Shown here: positions 8,840-19,212 of the stretch, in pieces
Numbering within the stretch: position 1 is the first letter of the stretch
Layout: every line of letters begins with the position of its first letter
NCBI GenBank assembly: GCA_029260235.1
Contig: JAJDDP010000080.1
Location: forward strand, 26,922-90,921
DNA: 64,000 nt
Reading direction: 5' to 3'
Source of the DNA: Phycisphaerae bacterium
GTDB taxonomy: Bacteria > Planctomycetota > Phycisphaerae > UBA1845
Position numbers and translations under genes: made by a program
The notes under the pieces: model-generated
Seen by the model: the letters and a program-made list of their open reading frames with translations, nothing else
What the model was told of the DNA's origin: nothing
Databases searched by the model: none

Positions 8840-10405
8840 GTGAATCCATTCCTCATTTGGTTGGTTGTTCTGACATTTGGCATGGCCACCGGATGTCTTG
8901 CGGTTTACGGGTTGCACCTCTATGTCTTGCTCTTCCTGTTTCGGCGTCGCAGCAAGGAACAGAGAGCCAGCCAACACGACATCATCGAGTCGTTTGCCTC
9001 CCGCCCTGACTCGGATTGGCCGGTGATCACCAGCCAGATTCCTCTGTTCAACGAGCTGCAGGTCGCCCGAAGGGTGATGGAGGCCGTGGCATTGATGGAC
9101 TACCCAGCAGGCCAACATGAAATCCAAGTGCTCGACGACAGCAATGACGAGACCCGAGAAATTGTCGATCAAGCGGCGGCTGACCTGCGCCAACGTGGAT
9201 ATGACGTGACTGTGGTCCGACGTGCAGATCGTCGAGGCTATAAGGCTGGGGCGTTGGCCATTGGATTGGAGCAGTGTCGTGGCGAATTCGTATCTGTTTT
9301 CGATGCTGATTTTGTTCCACCGACCAACTTCCTTAGGAGAGCGGTCCCCTTGCTCGTAGACGCGCCGGACTTAGCCTGTCTGCAAGGACGGTGGGCACAT
9401 CTAAACGAGGGCGAGTCGTGGCTGACTAAAGCACAGGCGCTGGGCATCGACGGCCACTTCGCCATCGAGCAGGGCGCCCGGGCCTGGAATGGGCTGATGA
9501 TGAACTTCAACGGCACAGCAGGCATCTGGCGCAAAGCAGCCATCGACGATCCTGATGTGGGCGGATGGAGTGGAGATACCCTGACAGAAGACTTGGATCT
9601 TTCCTACCGCGCTCAATTGGCGGGCTGGCGTATCGACTACTGTTTGGATTTGCCCTGCCCTGCTGAGTTGCCCGGCACGGTCCCTGCACTTAAGAGCCAG
9701 CAGCGCCGTTGGGCGACCGGCTCGATTCAGGTTTCCTGCAAACTCCTTCCCAGGATATGGCGCCATGGCAAACTGTCCTTTGGACAGAAACTAGAAGCCA
9801 CGCTCCACCTGACGCATTACTCGGTGGCCCTGTGGATGCTAATGTTGGCGGTCATCGCCAGACCCATGCTGCTATTGGCCTCGGTGGAGAGTCCGATGCT
9901 AGGCCAATGGCTGTGGGCGATCTGGATTGCAGTTTGCGTCTCAGCCGTCGCTCCTTCCTTGACTTACGCCTATGCCCGACACAGCTTGGGCGGTGGATTT
10001 TCGGGAATCAGAACCATTCCATCCATGCTGGTTGTGGGTATGGGACTATGTGTCAGCAATGCTGCGGCTGTGCTTCGAGGCATGGTACTCAAGGGCGGCG
10101 AGTTCGTCCGTACGCCGAAGTCTGGCAGCCTGAAGAGCGCCCGGCAATCCAGTAGTTACCGTCCACTGCAAGACAACCTGTGGCTTGTCGAGCTTGCCTT
10201 GGGGGTATACTGCGGACTTAGCTTCGTATTCTACATAACCCATTTCAAGATCTTCTTCAGCATATTCCTATTCTTGTATGCCGTAGGATTTTTGATCATC
10301 GGGTGGAAGTCCAAGCCCACAACAACGCCCAAGGCTGGTCCATCCCCAGAGGCGCCGGATGAACTCCGAAGCGAACATGCCGAAGCTGTGCCCGCCGCAG
10401 GTTGA
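8840..10405 (+). CDS. Processive family-2 glycosyltransferase (cellulose-synthase-like, membrane-integrated)
   Basis: 521-aa ORF with GT2 motifs VLDDSNDETRE, VSVFDADFVPP, LTEDLDLSYRAQLAGWR and the QxxRW motif (QQRRWATG). Multiple C-terminal TM segments. Confidence 0.8.
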   Translation: MNPFLIWLVVLTFGMATGCLAVYGLHLYVLLFLFRRRSKEQRASQHDIIESFASRPDSDWPVITSQIPLFNELQVARRVMEAVALMDYPAGQHEIQVLDDSNDETREIVDQAAADLRQRGYDVTVVRRADRRGYKAGALAIGLEQCRGEFVSVFDADFVPPTNFLRRAVPLLVDAPDLACLQGRWAHLNEGESWLTKAQALGIDGHFAIEQGARAWNGLMMNFNGTAGIWRKAAIDDPDVGGWSGDTLTEDLDLSYRAQLAGWRIDYCLDLPCPAELPGTVPALKSQQRRWATGSIQVSCKLLPRIWRHGKLSFGQKLEATLHLTHYSVALWMLMLAVIARPMLLLASVESPMLGQWLWAIWIAVCVSAVAPSLTYAYARHSLGGGFSGIRTIPSMLVVGMGLCVSNAAAVLRGMVLKGGEFVRTPKSGSLKSARQSSSYRPLQDNLWLVELALGVYCGLSFVFYITHFKIFFSIFLFLYAVGFLIIGWKSKPTTTPKAGPSPEAPDELRSEHAEAVPAAG

Positions 10406-11714
10406 CCCAGGCGCGGGAGAAGCACTCCCCAGCGCGAATCCCCCAGGCATCATAGCCATCGTCGGGCTGCTGCTCATCTGCCCTATGGTTGTCTTACCGG
10501 CGGTCTGGGGCGAAGTCAGCAGTCAAGTTCTCGAGTTTCAGCTTCTCTACGGCCTAGCCTTTGTTGGCTTCCTGATCATCGCATTTAGGGTGTCTCGTTA
10601 TGGCACCCACTGTGGACTTAGCAAGTGGCGCTGGTGGTTTTTTGCCTGCGTGGTTCTCAGGATCATCCCCTGGGGGGTTACTCCAAGCGATGACACCTAT
10701 CGCTACGTTTGGGAAGGCAAGATCCAACAACACGGCTTGAACCCCTACGCTCTCCCACCCGACGCGCCTGCCCTGATGCATCTCCGAGATGAAGACTGGT
10801 CTCGGATCAACCATCCCGACTACCGCACCATCTATCAGCCGTTGGCCCAGCTCGAGTTCCTGCTCGTCAGCACAATCAGTCCGTCGATCTTGGCGATCAA
10901 GGCGGCGCACATCTTCTGGGATATGCTAACCGTGGCTTTGCTAGCCGCCTGGCTGAAGGCTTCAGGGAGGAATCCGCACCTTGCTTTGATCTATGGTCTA
11001 TGCCCCCTCACTCTGACTGCCTTTGCGATTGACGGGCATCTAGACAGCTTGATGTTGGCCTGTTTGGCTGGGATGGGTTTGGCTGCCCAACGAAAGAAAT
11101 ACAAGTTGGCCGCGATTGCCTTGGCTGGGGCGATCGGGGCCAAGATCATCGCTATCTTGCTGCTTGGTTGGCTTGTTATGCGGAGTTGGCGAGCTGCCCT
11201 TCTCTGTTTAGCCTGCGTCGCCGCGATGTATCTGCCGTATGCGTCGGCTGGTTGGGGTTTGACCGAGAGCCTCTTTCGCTTTGCAGGCAGTACGGCCTTC
11301 TTTGGTTTGGGGCACCCGCTCATCACCAGGTTGGCGAATGAGTCGGCGGCAAGGTGGACAGGGGTCGCTCTTATCGCGTTCGCCGCAGCTTGGTCGATCC
11401 GGCGGCGCGATTCACTCGAAGGTTATGGCGCAACCACCATGGCCTGCCTCGTTCTGGTCTCGCCGATTGTACATTTCTGGTACCTAACTTGGTTCCTCAT
11501 GTTTGCGTGTGATCGCCCCCGTTGGAGCTGGTTGCTGCTGACTGGCACCATGGTGTTCTACTTCGAAGCCGAGAAGACCCGCGCTGAGACCGGAACCTGG
11601 ACGCTACCAACATGGGTATGGTGGGCAACTTACAGTCCGTTTGTTGTGCTTTGGCTGGTCGAGACCATCTGGCTGCTCAAGAGCCGCACGAGGCTTGAGA
11701 AAACGGTAGCGTGA
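10359..11714 (+). CDS. Polytopic membrane protein, GT-C-fold glycosyltransferase-like (DUF2029/GT87-like)
   Basis: 451-aa ORF overlapping the GT2 gene by 47 nt. It has at least 9 hydrophobic segments. The first loop carries an acidic motif typical of GT-C enzymes (TPSDDTYRYVWEGKIQQHGLNPYA). Confidence 0.55.
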   Translation: MNSEANMPKLCPPQVDPGAGEALPSANPPGIIAIVGLLLICPMVVLPAVWGEVSSQVLEFQLLYGLAFVGFLIIAFRVSRYGTHCGLSKWRWWFFACVVLRIIPWGVTPSDDTYRYVWEGKIQQHGLNPYALPPDAPALMHLRDEDWSRINHPDYRTIYQPLAQLEFLLVSTISPSILAIKAAHIFWDMLTVALLAAWLKASGRNPHLALIYGLCPLTLTAFAIDGHLDSLMLACLAGMGLAAQRKKYKLAAIALAGAIGAKIIAILLLGWLVMRSWRAALLCLACVAAMYLPYASAGWGLTESLFRFAGSTAFFGLGHPLITRLANESAARWTGVALIAFAAAWSIRRRDSLEGYGATTMACLVLVSPIVHFWYLTWFLMFACDRPRWSWLLLTGTMVFYFEAEKTRAETGTWTLPTWVWWATYSPFVVLWLVETIWLLKSRTRLEKTVA

Positions 11715-11739
11715 TCTCCACCCAGGCGCACGGCCCGCA

Positions 11740-12873
11740 CTACTCTGTATTTGGTGGAATCGGGTACTTGCCTTGGTAGTCAATTGGCCCAGCCACATCA
11801 TGGGATTTGAATTCGATGAATCCCTGATTTTCAAAGCGTTCGGCGATTCGACGAATCACATCTAGGGCATCGGTCAGCCTTTGGATGCTCAAGACGAACG
11901 ACTCGTACATCCGGTCATCTCGCAGCAGCAAGCCAGCTGTCCCACCTCCCTGGGCCAAGTCTCGCGAGACACTGTTCAAGTTGACCATCAACTCGGAAAG
12001 TTGATCCAGGGCGGGGATCATGCGGGCCAAGATCTCATTAATGCCTTTGTTGGCATCAGACAACCCAGAATCAAGCTTTTGGGCGATGGAGCTGGTGTCG
12101 GTTTCGAGCTGATCCATCATCCGCCGCATGGTGATCATCGCCTCACGCCCCTCGACGGTCATCCGCTCGAAATTCGACACGGCGTTCAGGACTGACGGTT
12201 TGAATTCCGGATCCGCAAGGATGCCGTTCAATTCGCCAACGGTCAGATCGAACCGCTGGATGAGCGTGTAGAGGTTGGCGGTGATCCCCGCAGCCGCTGC
12301 CCCTGGAGCATCCACCTGATTGATGGACCGAATCTCGAACAAATGGTGCAGGTCGGTGGCCAACGGGGTGGCTGCCTCAGCCAGGTTGCCGATGTGAATC
12401 GCTGTCTCCTCGATAGAGACAGCCAGCGTTTCGGGAATCACGTCGCCGAAAGGGTTGCCCATGACGCCGTCAATCCTCGCGTGTTTCTTGTCCAGCGGAT
12501 TTGTCGCTATCTCGGGAACAATCAGGGTAATGTTACCTCGACCAAGTCCCAACAATCCGGGTGTCACTTCTGCCTTGGCCAGGGAAGGAATAAGGTACTG
12601 GTCTTTGATTAGGCCGATAACCCTGACGCCAAGACCTGGACGTTCCAGATCTTCAAATTCCATCCGATCAACCCGACCGATCTGCACCCCGTTCAAGTTG
12701 ATGGGCATGCCTCCAGTCACGCCGCTCACTTCTCGAAATCTAATCTGGAGTTCGTACTCAGCCCCGCCCAGCCACCCGGGCTGCTCGCCGAAGATGATCA
12801 TCAGCGCCCCTAGGGCAGCTAGGCCTGACATCATAAATCCACCGACCAGGATGTTTCGTTTTGTTTCCTGCAC
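11740..12873 (-). CDS. mlaD: MlaD/MCE-family substrate-binding protein
   Basis: 377-aa ORF with an N-terminal TM segment (ILVGGFMMSGLAALGALMIIFG). It is followed by an MCE-like beta-barrel region and a long helical C-terminus. It is the last gene of the mlaE-mlaF-mlaD string. Confidence 0.75.
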   Translation of the reverse strand: MQETKRNILVGGFMMSGLAALGALMIIFGEQPGWLGGAEYELQIRFREVSGVTGGMPINLNGVQIGRVDRMEFEDLERPGLGVRVIGLIKDQYLIPSLAKAEVTPGLLGLGRGNITLIVPEIATNPLDKKHARIDGVMGNPFGDVIPETLAVSIEETAIHIGNLAEAATPLATDLHHLFEIRSINQVDAPGAAAAGITANLYTLIQRFDLTVGELNGILADPEFKPSVLNAVSNFERMTVEGREAMITMRRMMDQLETDTSSIAQKLDSGLSDANKGINEILARMIPALDQLSELMVNLNSVSRDLAQGGGTAGLLLRDDRMYESFVLSIQRLTDALDVIRRIAERFENQGFIEFKSHDVAGPIDYQGKYPIPPNTE

Positions 12874-12876
12874 TGG

Positions 12877-13704
12877 TCAGCCTTTCCTTTGAAGACTCAT
12901 CATATCCTCTCGGGATGCACGCCCTTGGACGAAATCCCGAACTCGCTCATCATCGGTTCCGGTCAACTCAGCCGGAGTGCCATCAAAGATGAATCTGCCC
13001 TCGAGCAACATCAGAATCCGGTCGGCGACTTTGTTGGCAGAGGCCATATCGTGTGTGACCACGATGCTCGTGGCTCCGGTTTCCTGCTTGAGCTTGATGA
13101 TCAACTCATTGATCACGTCCGCCCGCGGTGGATCCAGACCAGTCGTCGGCTCGTCATACAGGATGACCTCCGGGTCCAAGGCAATGGCCCGGGCCAAAGC
13201 AACCCTCTTTCGCTGGCCCCCTGAAAGATCAGCCGGCTTCTTGCTCTGAATGCCATCCAAACCCACCATGGACAACTTCTGCGCGACGATTTCTTTGATC
13301 CTTGCCTCGGCTAGCTTACGATGCTCAACCAACGGGAAAGCTAAGTTCTCCTCGACGGTCAGCGAATCAAACAATGCCGACATCTGGAACAGATAGCCAA
13401 AGTGGGTGCGAAGCTCGGTCAATGCTCGCCGCTTCATTCCGCCGATCACCTGACCCCGATAGCGAACCTCGCCCTTTTCCGGGTCTAGCAAGCCGACGAT
13501 GTGCTTGAGCACTACGCTCTTGCCCGCACCGCTTTCGCCGATGATGACGGTGGTCTCGCCTTTGTTAAGTCGAACATTGATGCCCCGCAGCACATGCAGA
13601 TCGCCGAATCGCTTGTACACATCCACCAACTCGATGATTGGACGCCCATCGACATCGGCTGCTTCCGGATTGGCCGTAGCCTGTTTGTCAGCCACCTCAG
13701 CCAC
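12877..13704 (-). CDS. mlaF: ABC transporter ATP-binding protein (MlaF-like)
   Basis: Walker A GESGAGKS, ABC signature LSGGQRKRVALARA, Walker B ILYDEPTTGLD. Confidence 0.85.
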   Translation of the reverse strand: MAEVADKQATANPEAADVDGRPIIELVDVYKRFGDLHVLRGINVRLNKGETTVIIGESGAGKSVVLKHIVGLLDPEKGEVRYRGQVIGGMKRRALTELRTHFGYLFQMSALFDSLTVEENLAFPLVEHRKLAEARIKEIVAQKLSMVGLDGIQSKKPADLSGGQRKRVALARAIALDPEVILYDEPTTGLDPPRADVINELIIKLKQETGATSIVVTHDMASANKVADRILMLLEGRFIFDGTPAELTGTDDERVRDFVQGRASREDMMSLQRKG

Positions 13705-13717
13705 GCTTTGGGCACCC

Positions 13718-14536
13718 CTACATCACTAACGACTTGAACCCGTACAGTGCCTTGTAGACCCCTTGCAGAAACGTCGCCAGGAAGAAATCGATAGCTAGGA
13801 TCGCAATGAAGCTGGCGACAAATGATTCGGTGCATGCCCGCCCCACGCCCGATGCCCCATGGCGACAGTGGAAACCTTTGTAGCAAGCGATCATGCCGAT
13901 TGCGCCGCCAAAAGCAACACTCTTGATGAAACCAACCATCAGATCCCAACGCTCTAGCGCATCCTTGGTGAAATACCAGTAGGGTTCCGAGGGGACATTC
14001 TTCAGCTCAACGGCTACAAAAAAGCCCGAGAGGCAACCGGCCAGATCGGCAAACACGGTCAATAGCGGCGTGAGCAACAAACATGCTAAGAAACGCGGTA
14101 CCACCAGGTGGCGAATTGGGTCGGACCCCATCGCCCGAAGAGCGTCCAACTGCTCGGTTACGTTCATGGTGCCCAGCTCTGCAGTCAGCGCCCCGCCGAC
14201 CCGGCCTGCCAGCATCACCCCGGCGAGCACAGGCCCCAACTCTTGGACCAAGGTCATGTTGACCAAGATGCCCATCCGCTGCTCGAAGCCAGCCGCCGCT
14301 AGCTGGTCATAACTCTGAATCGCCAAGACCAAGCCAACGAACATCCCGGTGATCAAGACTACCGGCAAAGTGCGGTTGCCTACTTCATAAAAATTGGGCA
14401 TAACCAAGCGCCAGGTCTTGTATCGAAAAAGACCCGGGCCTAAGAAACGGAGCGTTGTCCATGCGAACGTCCAGAACCGGCCGAAGGATTCGGTAGCGTG
14501 AATAGACTTGTAGCCAACTGTGGCTAAGAAAGACAT
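13718..14536 (-). CDS. mlaE: ABC transporter permease (MlaE-like)
   Basis: 272-aa polytopic ORF directly upstream of mlaF/mlaD. It shows MlaE-like conserved blocks (VQELGPVLAGVMLAGRVGGALTAELGTMNVTEQLDALRAMG). Confidence 0.85.
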   Translation of the reverse strand: MSFLATVGYKSIHATESFGRFWTFAWTTLRFLGPGLFRYKTWRLVMPNFYEVGNRTLPVVLITGMFVGLVLAIQSYDQLAAAGFEQRMGILVNMTLVQELGPVLAGVMLAGRVGGALTAELGTMNVTEQLDALRAMGSDPIRHLVVPRFLACLLLTPLLTVFADLAGCLSGFFVAVELKNVPSEPYWYFTKDALERWDLMVGFIKSVAFGGAIGMIACYKGFHCRHGASGVGRACTESFVASFIAILAIDFFLATFLQGVYKALYGFKSLVM

Positions 14537-14735
14537 GGCCAGCCCACCTGATGCCGAGTCGTTAAGAGAACTTCTGAAAATATGTAACCGCGCCCGCGGT
14601 GAGTGTCAATTGCGCGGTATTGCCCAGACCTTGCCGAATCTCGGTGAAATTTCGATTTGTTCAAGCCGCACTCAAGGGATAGGCTGTTCGTAGAACCGTC
14701 AGACATCGTCGGCAGGCGACCAGGAGGCCAACCCG

Positions 14736-16253
14736 TTGGTTCAGGATGACATATCCATACAACCAAACCGCGCAGAGATAGCCCGCGACTGGATGCTCGT
14801 ATTCCTAGCCTGTGCCTTGTTGCACGGGCTGACCGCCTGTCGCGGGATTCAGTGGCAAGATCCGGGCTTCCACATTCTGCGCATTGTCGAGCATCAGCCA
14901 ATCAACCCGCTGGGGTTGGCACTGAGCCATCCCCTACATCATTGGATGGGCAGATTCGCAGCCAGCCTCGGTTGTCTTGAGCCGAGCTTCGCCATCACGC
15001 TGGTCAGCGCCCTCGCTTCAGCCATTGCAGTAGCGAATATTTTCGGACTCGTGCGACTGATCACCGCCGGATTCTCCAGTCGCTGGCCTGCGGTTTTTGC
15101 GGCAGCGTCCTTGGCGTTGGCCAATACCTACTGGCAGATGGCCACCCGGGCCGAGTGCTATACCGTCTCAGCCGCCCTGCTCTCTGCTGAATGGTGGTGC
15201 TTGATCGCCTACACCCTGAATCACCGCAGCCGGTATCTAGCCTCGGCTTTCCTCCTCAACGGGGTTGGATTCTCCAACCACAACCTTGCCCTGCTGACCC
15301 TGCCGATTCTGGGTGTCATCATTCTTGTTGAGTTGTGGAGAAAAAACGTAAAGCCAACAACCTTGATCACGTCGCTGACCTTCTGGCTGGTCGGGGCATC
15401 GCTCTACCTGGGCTATGTCGTAGCCGACTGGCAAACCTCTGGAAACCTGGTCGAGACGGTGCGGTCCGCGTTGTTTGGGCATTCCTTTGCCAACCGCGTC
15501 TTGAGCGTCAACTTCTCGGCCAAACTTGTCGCACTGAGCATTGGGTTCATAGGTTTCAATTTCCCCAACCTGCTACTACCTCTGGCTGCCTACGGGGCGG
15601 GGGTCGCCAAGAAAATCCACCTTCCCAAACTGGCTCAGCAAGCACTATTGGCTGCCCTGGCGATTCACTTTGTTTTTGTGCTGCGCTACAACGTTCCGGA
15701 TCAGTACATGTTCTTCGTGCCTGTATATCTGTTCATCGTGGTGTTCGGAGGAATTGGCTTTGCCGCGATCTTGCAACAACCACAATCCAGGAGAAGGAAG
15801 TGCATCATAGCAGCGGCCGTCGCCTTGCTGCTAACTACGCCGCTCACCTACGTGATTTCAACCGCAGCCGCTCGACGGTTTGATCTGCTTGCCGCTGTCG
15901 TCCGTGACAAGCCCTATCGCGACGACTACGTCTATGTGCTTATCCCCTGGTCGCTGGCTGAAAATTCGGCGGAGTACATGAGCCGCAAAGCCATGGAGCT
16001 CGCCCAGCCAAGCGGCACCATCTTCGTGGAAGACGAAATGGCCCGCTACGCCCTCGAATACCAGGCCCGCAAAGAGAACAACAGAAAGATCTATGTAGCC
16101 AAGGCGCAACCAGATGTGTCAGCGGCTCAGCTGCCCAACGCCAATCAGCCGATTGTCCTGGTCCCCGCAAGTCGAAACAAGCCCAGCATCAATGCCTCGG
16201 CCATTTCGTGGACCCGGGTCGGCGACCTGTATGTCGCTTCACTCACCCCATAG
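14736..16253 (+). CDS. Large polytopic membrane protein, DUF2723/GT-C-like (possible protein O-glycosyl/mannosyl-transferase family)
   Basis: 505-aa ORF with a TTG start in the track; an ATG at 14793 is an alternative. About 10 TM segments are followed by a soluble C-terminal domain. The family assignment is tentative. Confidence 0.45.
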   Translation: MVQDDISIQPNRAEIARDWMLVFLACALLHGLTACRGIQWQDPGFHILRIVEHQPINPLGLALSHPLHHWMGRFAASLGCLEPSFAITLVSALASAIAVANIFGLVRLITAGFSSRWPAVFAAASLALANTYWQMATRAECYTVSAALLSAEWWCLIAYTLNHRSRYLASAFLLNGVGFSNHNLALLTLPILGVIILVELWRKNVKPTTLITSLTFWLVGASLYLGYVVADWQTSGNLVETVRSALFGHSFANRVLSVNFSAKLVALSIGFIGFNFPNLLLPLAAYGAGVAKKIHLPKLAQQALLAALAIHFVFVLRYNVPDQYMFFVPVYLFIVVFGGIGFAAILQQPQSRRRKCIIAAAVALLLTTPLTYVISTAAARRFDLLAAVVRDKPYRDDYVYVLIPWSLAENSAEYMSRKAMELAQPSGTIFVEDEMARYALEYQARKENNRKIYVAKAQPDVSAAQLPNANQPIVLVPASRNKPSINASAISWTRVGDLYVASLTP

Positions 16254-16294
16254 CGACGAACCGGGAGCCGACGGCCCGCCCCAATCGTATCGGC

Positions 16295-17542
16295 CTATTC
16301 CATGTCGCCCAGCAGGTGCCCCATTTTCTTCTGCTTGGTGCGCAGGTAGTGAACGTTGTGTTCATTTGGTGTGATGAGCAACGGAAGCTGCTCGGCAATG
16401 GTCAAGCCGTACACCTCCAGCCGGTTCACCTTCTTGGGATTGTTAGTCAAGATGTTGAGTTTGCTCAATCCCAAGTCGCGGCAGATTTGGGCCCCGATAC
16501 CATAGTCCCGGCGATCAACAGGAAGATCGAGTTTCAGGTTGGCTTCGACGGTATCCAATCCGCCATCCTGCAGCTCGTAGGCTTTGAGCTTGTTGTGTAA
16601 CCCGATTCCGCGACCCTCCTGCCGAAGGTAGATCAGGGCACCTGCGCCAGCCTTTTGAATCAACTGCAAAGATGTGGCCAACTGCTCACCGCAGTCGCAT
16701 CGGGCAGAGCCCAACACATGACCGGTGAAGCATTCAGACTCCACCCGGATCAAGACCGGTTCTTCATGCTGAATCACCTTCCCATGATCGTCTAATTCGC
16801 CGATGCCGCCGCAACAGACCGCCATGTGCGGCTCCGGGTCGATCGGGGAGTGGTACTCGATGAGCCTGAAGTCTCCGTATCGAGTCGGAAGGTTGACGGT
16901 TGCTCCCCGCTTGACGAACTTCTCGTGCTTCTGACGGTATTCAATGATCGAGGCCACCGTATACATGTTCAAGTCGTGCTCTTTTGCGAACTGCGTCAAA
17001 TCCGGAACCCGGGCCATCGTGCCATCGGCGTTCATGATTTCGATGAGCACTCCAACGGGCGTCATCCCTGCCAATTGCAAAAGGTCAACAGTGCCTTCAG
17101 TTTGACCGGCACGAACCAATACACCGCCGTCGCGGGCCATCAGCGGACTGATGTGCCCGGGCCTAGCCAAGTCAGTGGGCTGGGTATCTGGGGCGCAGGA
17201 AACTTCAATGGTCTTGCACCGGTCAGCCGCGGAGACACCGGTGGTCACTCCAAAACGTGGGTGGGCATCAATGGTGACCGTAAATGCCGTCGAAAACTTA
17301 GACGTGTTAGCCGCAGCTTGTGGCGGAAGGTTCAACTCCTCACACCGCTTGGTGGTCATAGCCAGGCACAGAATTCCTCGCCCGTGGTGAAGCATGAAGT
17401 TGATGCGGTCTGGCGCAATCTCGGAAGCAGCCATGACCAAGTCGCCTTCGTTCTCCCGATCCTCATCATCCACCAAGACGATCATCTTGCCGGCTCGAAG
17501 ATCTTCAAACGCTTGCTCGATCGGGGAGAAAGGTGAATTCAT
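16295..17542 (-). CDS. ribBA: Bifunctional 3,4-dihydroxy-2-butanone-4-phosphate synthase / GTP cyclohydrolase II
   Basis: 415-aa ORF. RibB part: [22 protein letters not shown]. RibA part: [32 protein letters not shown]. Confidence 0.95.
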   Translation of the reverse strand: MNSPFSPIEQAFEDLRAGKMIVLVDDEDRENEGDLVMAASEIAPDRINFMLHHGRGILCLAMTTKRCEELNLPPQAAANTSKFSTAFTVTIDAHPRFGVTTGVSAADRCKTIEVSCAPDTQPTDLARPGHISPLMARDGGVLVRAGQTEGTVDLLQLAGMTPVGVLIEIMNADGTMARVPDLTQFAKEHDLNMYTVASIIEYRQKHEKFVKRGATVNLPTRYGDFRLIEYHSPIDPEPHMAVCCGGIGELDDHGKVIQHEEPVLIRVESECFTGHVLGSARCDCGEQLATSLQLIQKAGAGALIYLRQEGRGIGLHNKLKAYELQDGGLDTVEANLKLDLPVDRRDYGIGAQICRDLGLSKLNILTNNPKKVNRLEVYGLTIAEQLPLLITPNEHNVHYLRTKQKKMGHLLGDME

Positions 17543-17726
17543 GGTGAAAGTACTCCGCTAGGTGCTCACAGCCGCCGAATAGAATCAGCGACCCAGTTCT
17601 CAAGGTGCAAATCACGACGCTAGGTAGTCTAACGAACTCGCAGTAGCCAAACCAGCAGAAAGATGCGGTGGGCCGTTTTGAGGCAGATACAAGGGCGGGA
17701 GGCCAGATGAGTTGCGTTCCGCTGGA

Positions 17727-19016
17727 TTACGGTGCCACCCCTGCCCGGCGTGGAACTGAACCGGGCTTTTCTGCCGCCCTGAGCAGGTCAGCCAAATCAT
17801 CAGCCGTGACCAGGCCTGATCGCTTGTGGTACGAGCCGTCGGGACGCACGACTAGGAACGCCGGCCCCCGGTCAATGCGATAGCGAGACATCAATTGCCG
17901 GTTCGAAGCATCTGAAAAATCCAGTCGGCAGTTAATCGTTCCCTGGAACATATCGGCCACCCGGGATTGGTCCAGCAGGCGGGCCATCTTGCTCGACTGA
18001 TCCGAATAGAGCGAATGGTAGAATACAAACAGGTTCACGCCCCGGTTTCGAGCGTGAGCGATTGCTCGGGTGAATTCAGAGTACCAGTGATAGCTGGCCC
18101 GCGTTTCCATGCGGTCGGTGAAGGCGCTGCTCGGCTTTTTGCCCGGCGTGTTGGCGGAACGAACGGCAAAGCGAATGAGTTGGTCGGCAGTCATCGGGCC
18201 ACTATGTGCGTGGTAGGTTCCGTCTCGGTCTATCAGGATGACCGCGGGCACATCCGTAATGCCGTACCGACGCACATGACTTCGGTTTGGCAAGTAGTCC
18301 ATGTCCAACAAACAGTTGACCGTCTCGGCGAAATGCCTGGCTACTTCAGGGCGGTTCAAGAGAACACTGAGTAGCTCGGTCGATTCTGGCGACAGCCACC
18401 ACTTGTAGACTACAAACAGCTTGCGATTCATCCGCTCTGCTTTGGCCACTGCGTTCTTGTATACACCTTCCCAGCGATAGTCGATGTTCCGAGCTATCTG
18501 CGGATTGGCTGTGGGCGCTATCCCTGGCGCTTTGGATGACGCCAAGAACTGCTGAACCTGCTCGGGATCGGGAAGGCCGCTGTACCGATGGAACGTCCCG
18601 TCAACATGAATCAATATCAAAGCCGGCGGCTGCAGAACCTCATACTGGGCGACATACCTCCGATGGGGCGGAAAATCGCTGACCAGTTTGCAAAGCACGC
18701 GATTGGCAAACTGGGCCTTGACCAGCGGATTCTCAAGCACCTTTTCCATCTTGCTGGAATGGATATCCAGCGAGTCCTTGAAGAAGACCAGCATCTCCTT
18801 CTCTTGCGCGCGGGTGATGTTTTCAGCCACCTCGAATTCATAGTGCCACACCGGTGCACAGCCAGCCAAAATCCAGCACGCCAACGAAAGCACCAGCGTG
18901 CGACCCGTCGCTAGATGGCTTGCTGGATACTTGGGCGGTTTCGTGCTTTTGGTATGGATCATTAGAGGGTGGTCGTACTTCTCATCTATCCGCAGGGTCG
19001 GCCGGCGCCCAGCCAT
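17727..19016 (-). CDS. Lipoprotein made of three tandem thioredoxin-fold-like repeats lacking CxxC
   Basis: Lipobox LAGC (LSLACWILAGC). Three repeats of about 125 aa share the pattern [L]FV.Y...S..S..M/L..L....V...F....NC.LD....N......Y.I...PA...I..DG.YH..SG....D.L. The position where thioredoxins carry CxxC reads DIHS, SPES and SDQS. Confidence 0.6.
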   Translation of the reverse strand: MAGRRPTLRIDEKYDHPLMIHTKSTKPPKYPASHLATGRTLVLSLACWILAGCAPVWHYEFEVAENITRAQEKEMLVFFKDSLDIHSSKMEKVLENPLVKAQFANRVLCKLVSDFPPHRRYVAQYEVLQPPALILIHVDGTFHRYSGLPDPEQVQQFLASSKAPGIAPTANPQIARNIDYRWEGVYKNAVAKAERMNRKLFVVYKWWLSPESTELLSVLLNRPEVARHFAETVNCLLDMDYLPNRSHVRRYGITDVPAVILIDRDGTYHAHSGPMTADQLIRFAVRSANTPGKKPSSAFTDRMETRASYHWYSEFTRAIAHARNRGVNLFVFYHSLYSDQSSKMARLLDQSRVADMFQGTINCRLDFSDASNRQLMSRYRIDRGPAFLVVRPDGSYHKRSGLVTADDLADLLRAAEKPGSVPRRAGVAP

Positions 19017-19140
19017 TGTTGTGGACCAGCTTAGTTTCGCTCAAGGCCCTGGGCAAGCGCTCCGCTGCGACTGCCCCAGCGACATCGGCCCTGTCCCGCT
19101 CGATCCCCGCCAGAATTTTCGCATTTTTTGGCCAAACCGT

Positions 19141-19185
19141 TTGACAAGAGGGTGGCTCTGGGCGATATTGTAAGTGTTTGCTTAC
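19141..19185 (+). promoter_or_regulatory. Sigma70-like promoter plus imperfect palindrome (candidate TetR operator)
   Basis: TTGACA (19141-19146), 17 nt, then GATATT (19164-19169). Immediately after comes GTAAGtgtttgCTTAC (19170-19185), a 5-bp inverted repeat. It lies about 30 nt upstream of the TetR ATG at 19213. Confidence 0.35.
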
Positions 19186-19212
19186 GCCTCAGTCAGCCTA
19201 GCGAGGATCCAG

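Noticed and set aside
17543-17726. Expected an FMN riboswitch (RFN element) upstream of ribBA
   Set aside because: I read the minus strand of the 184-nt leader and could not find the conserved RFN blocks (GGGCAGGGTGAAATTCC…, …CCGACGGT…AGTCCGGATG). The GGGCAGGGGTGGCACCG string at 17727-17760 is the 3' end of the upstream CDS. A cmscan should still be run.
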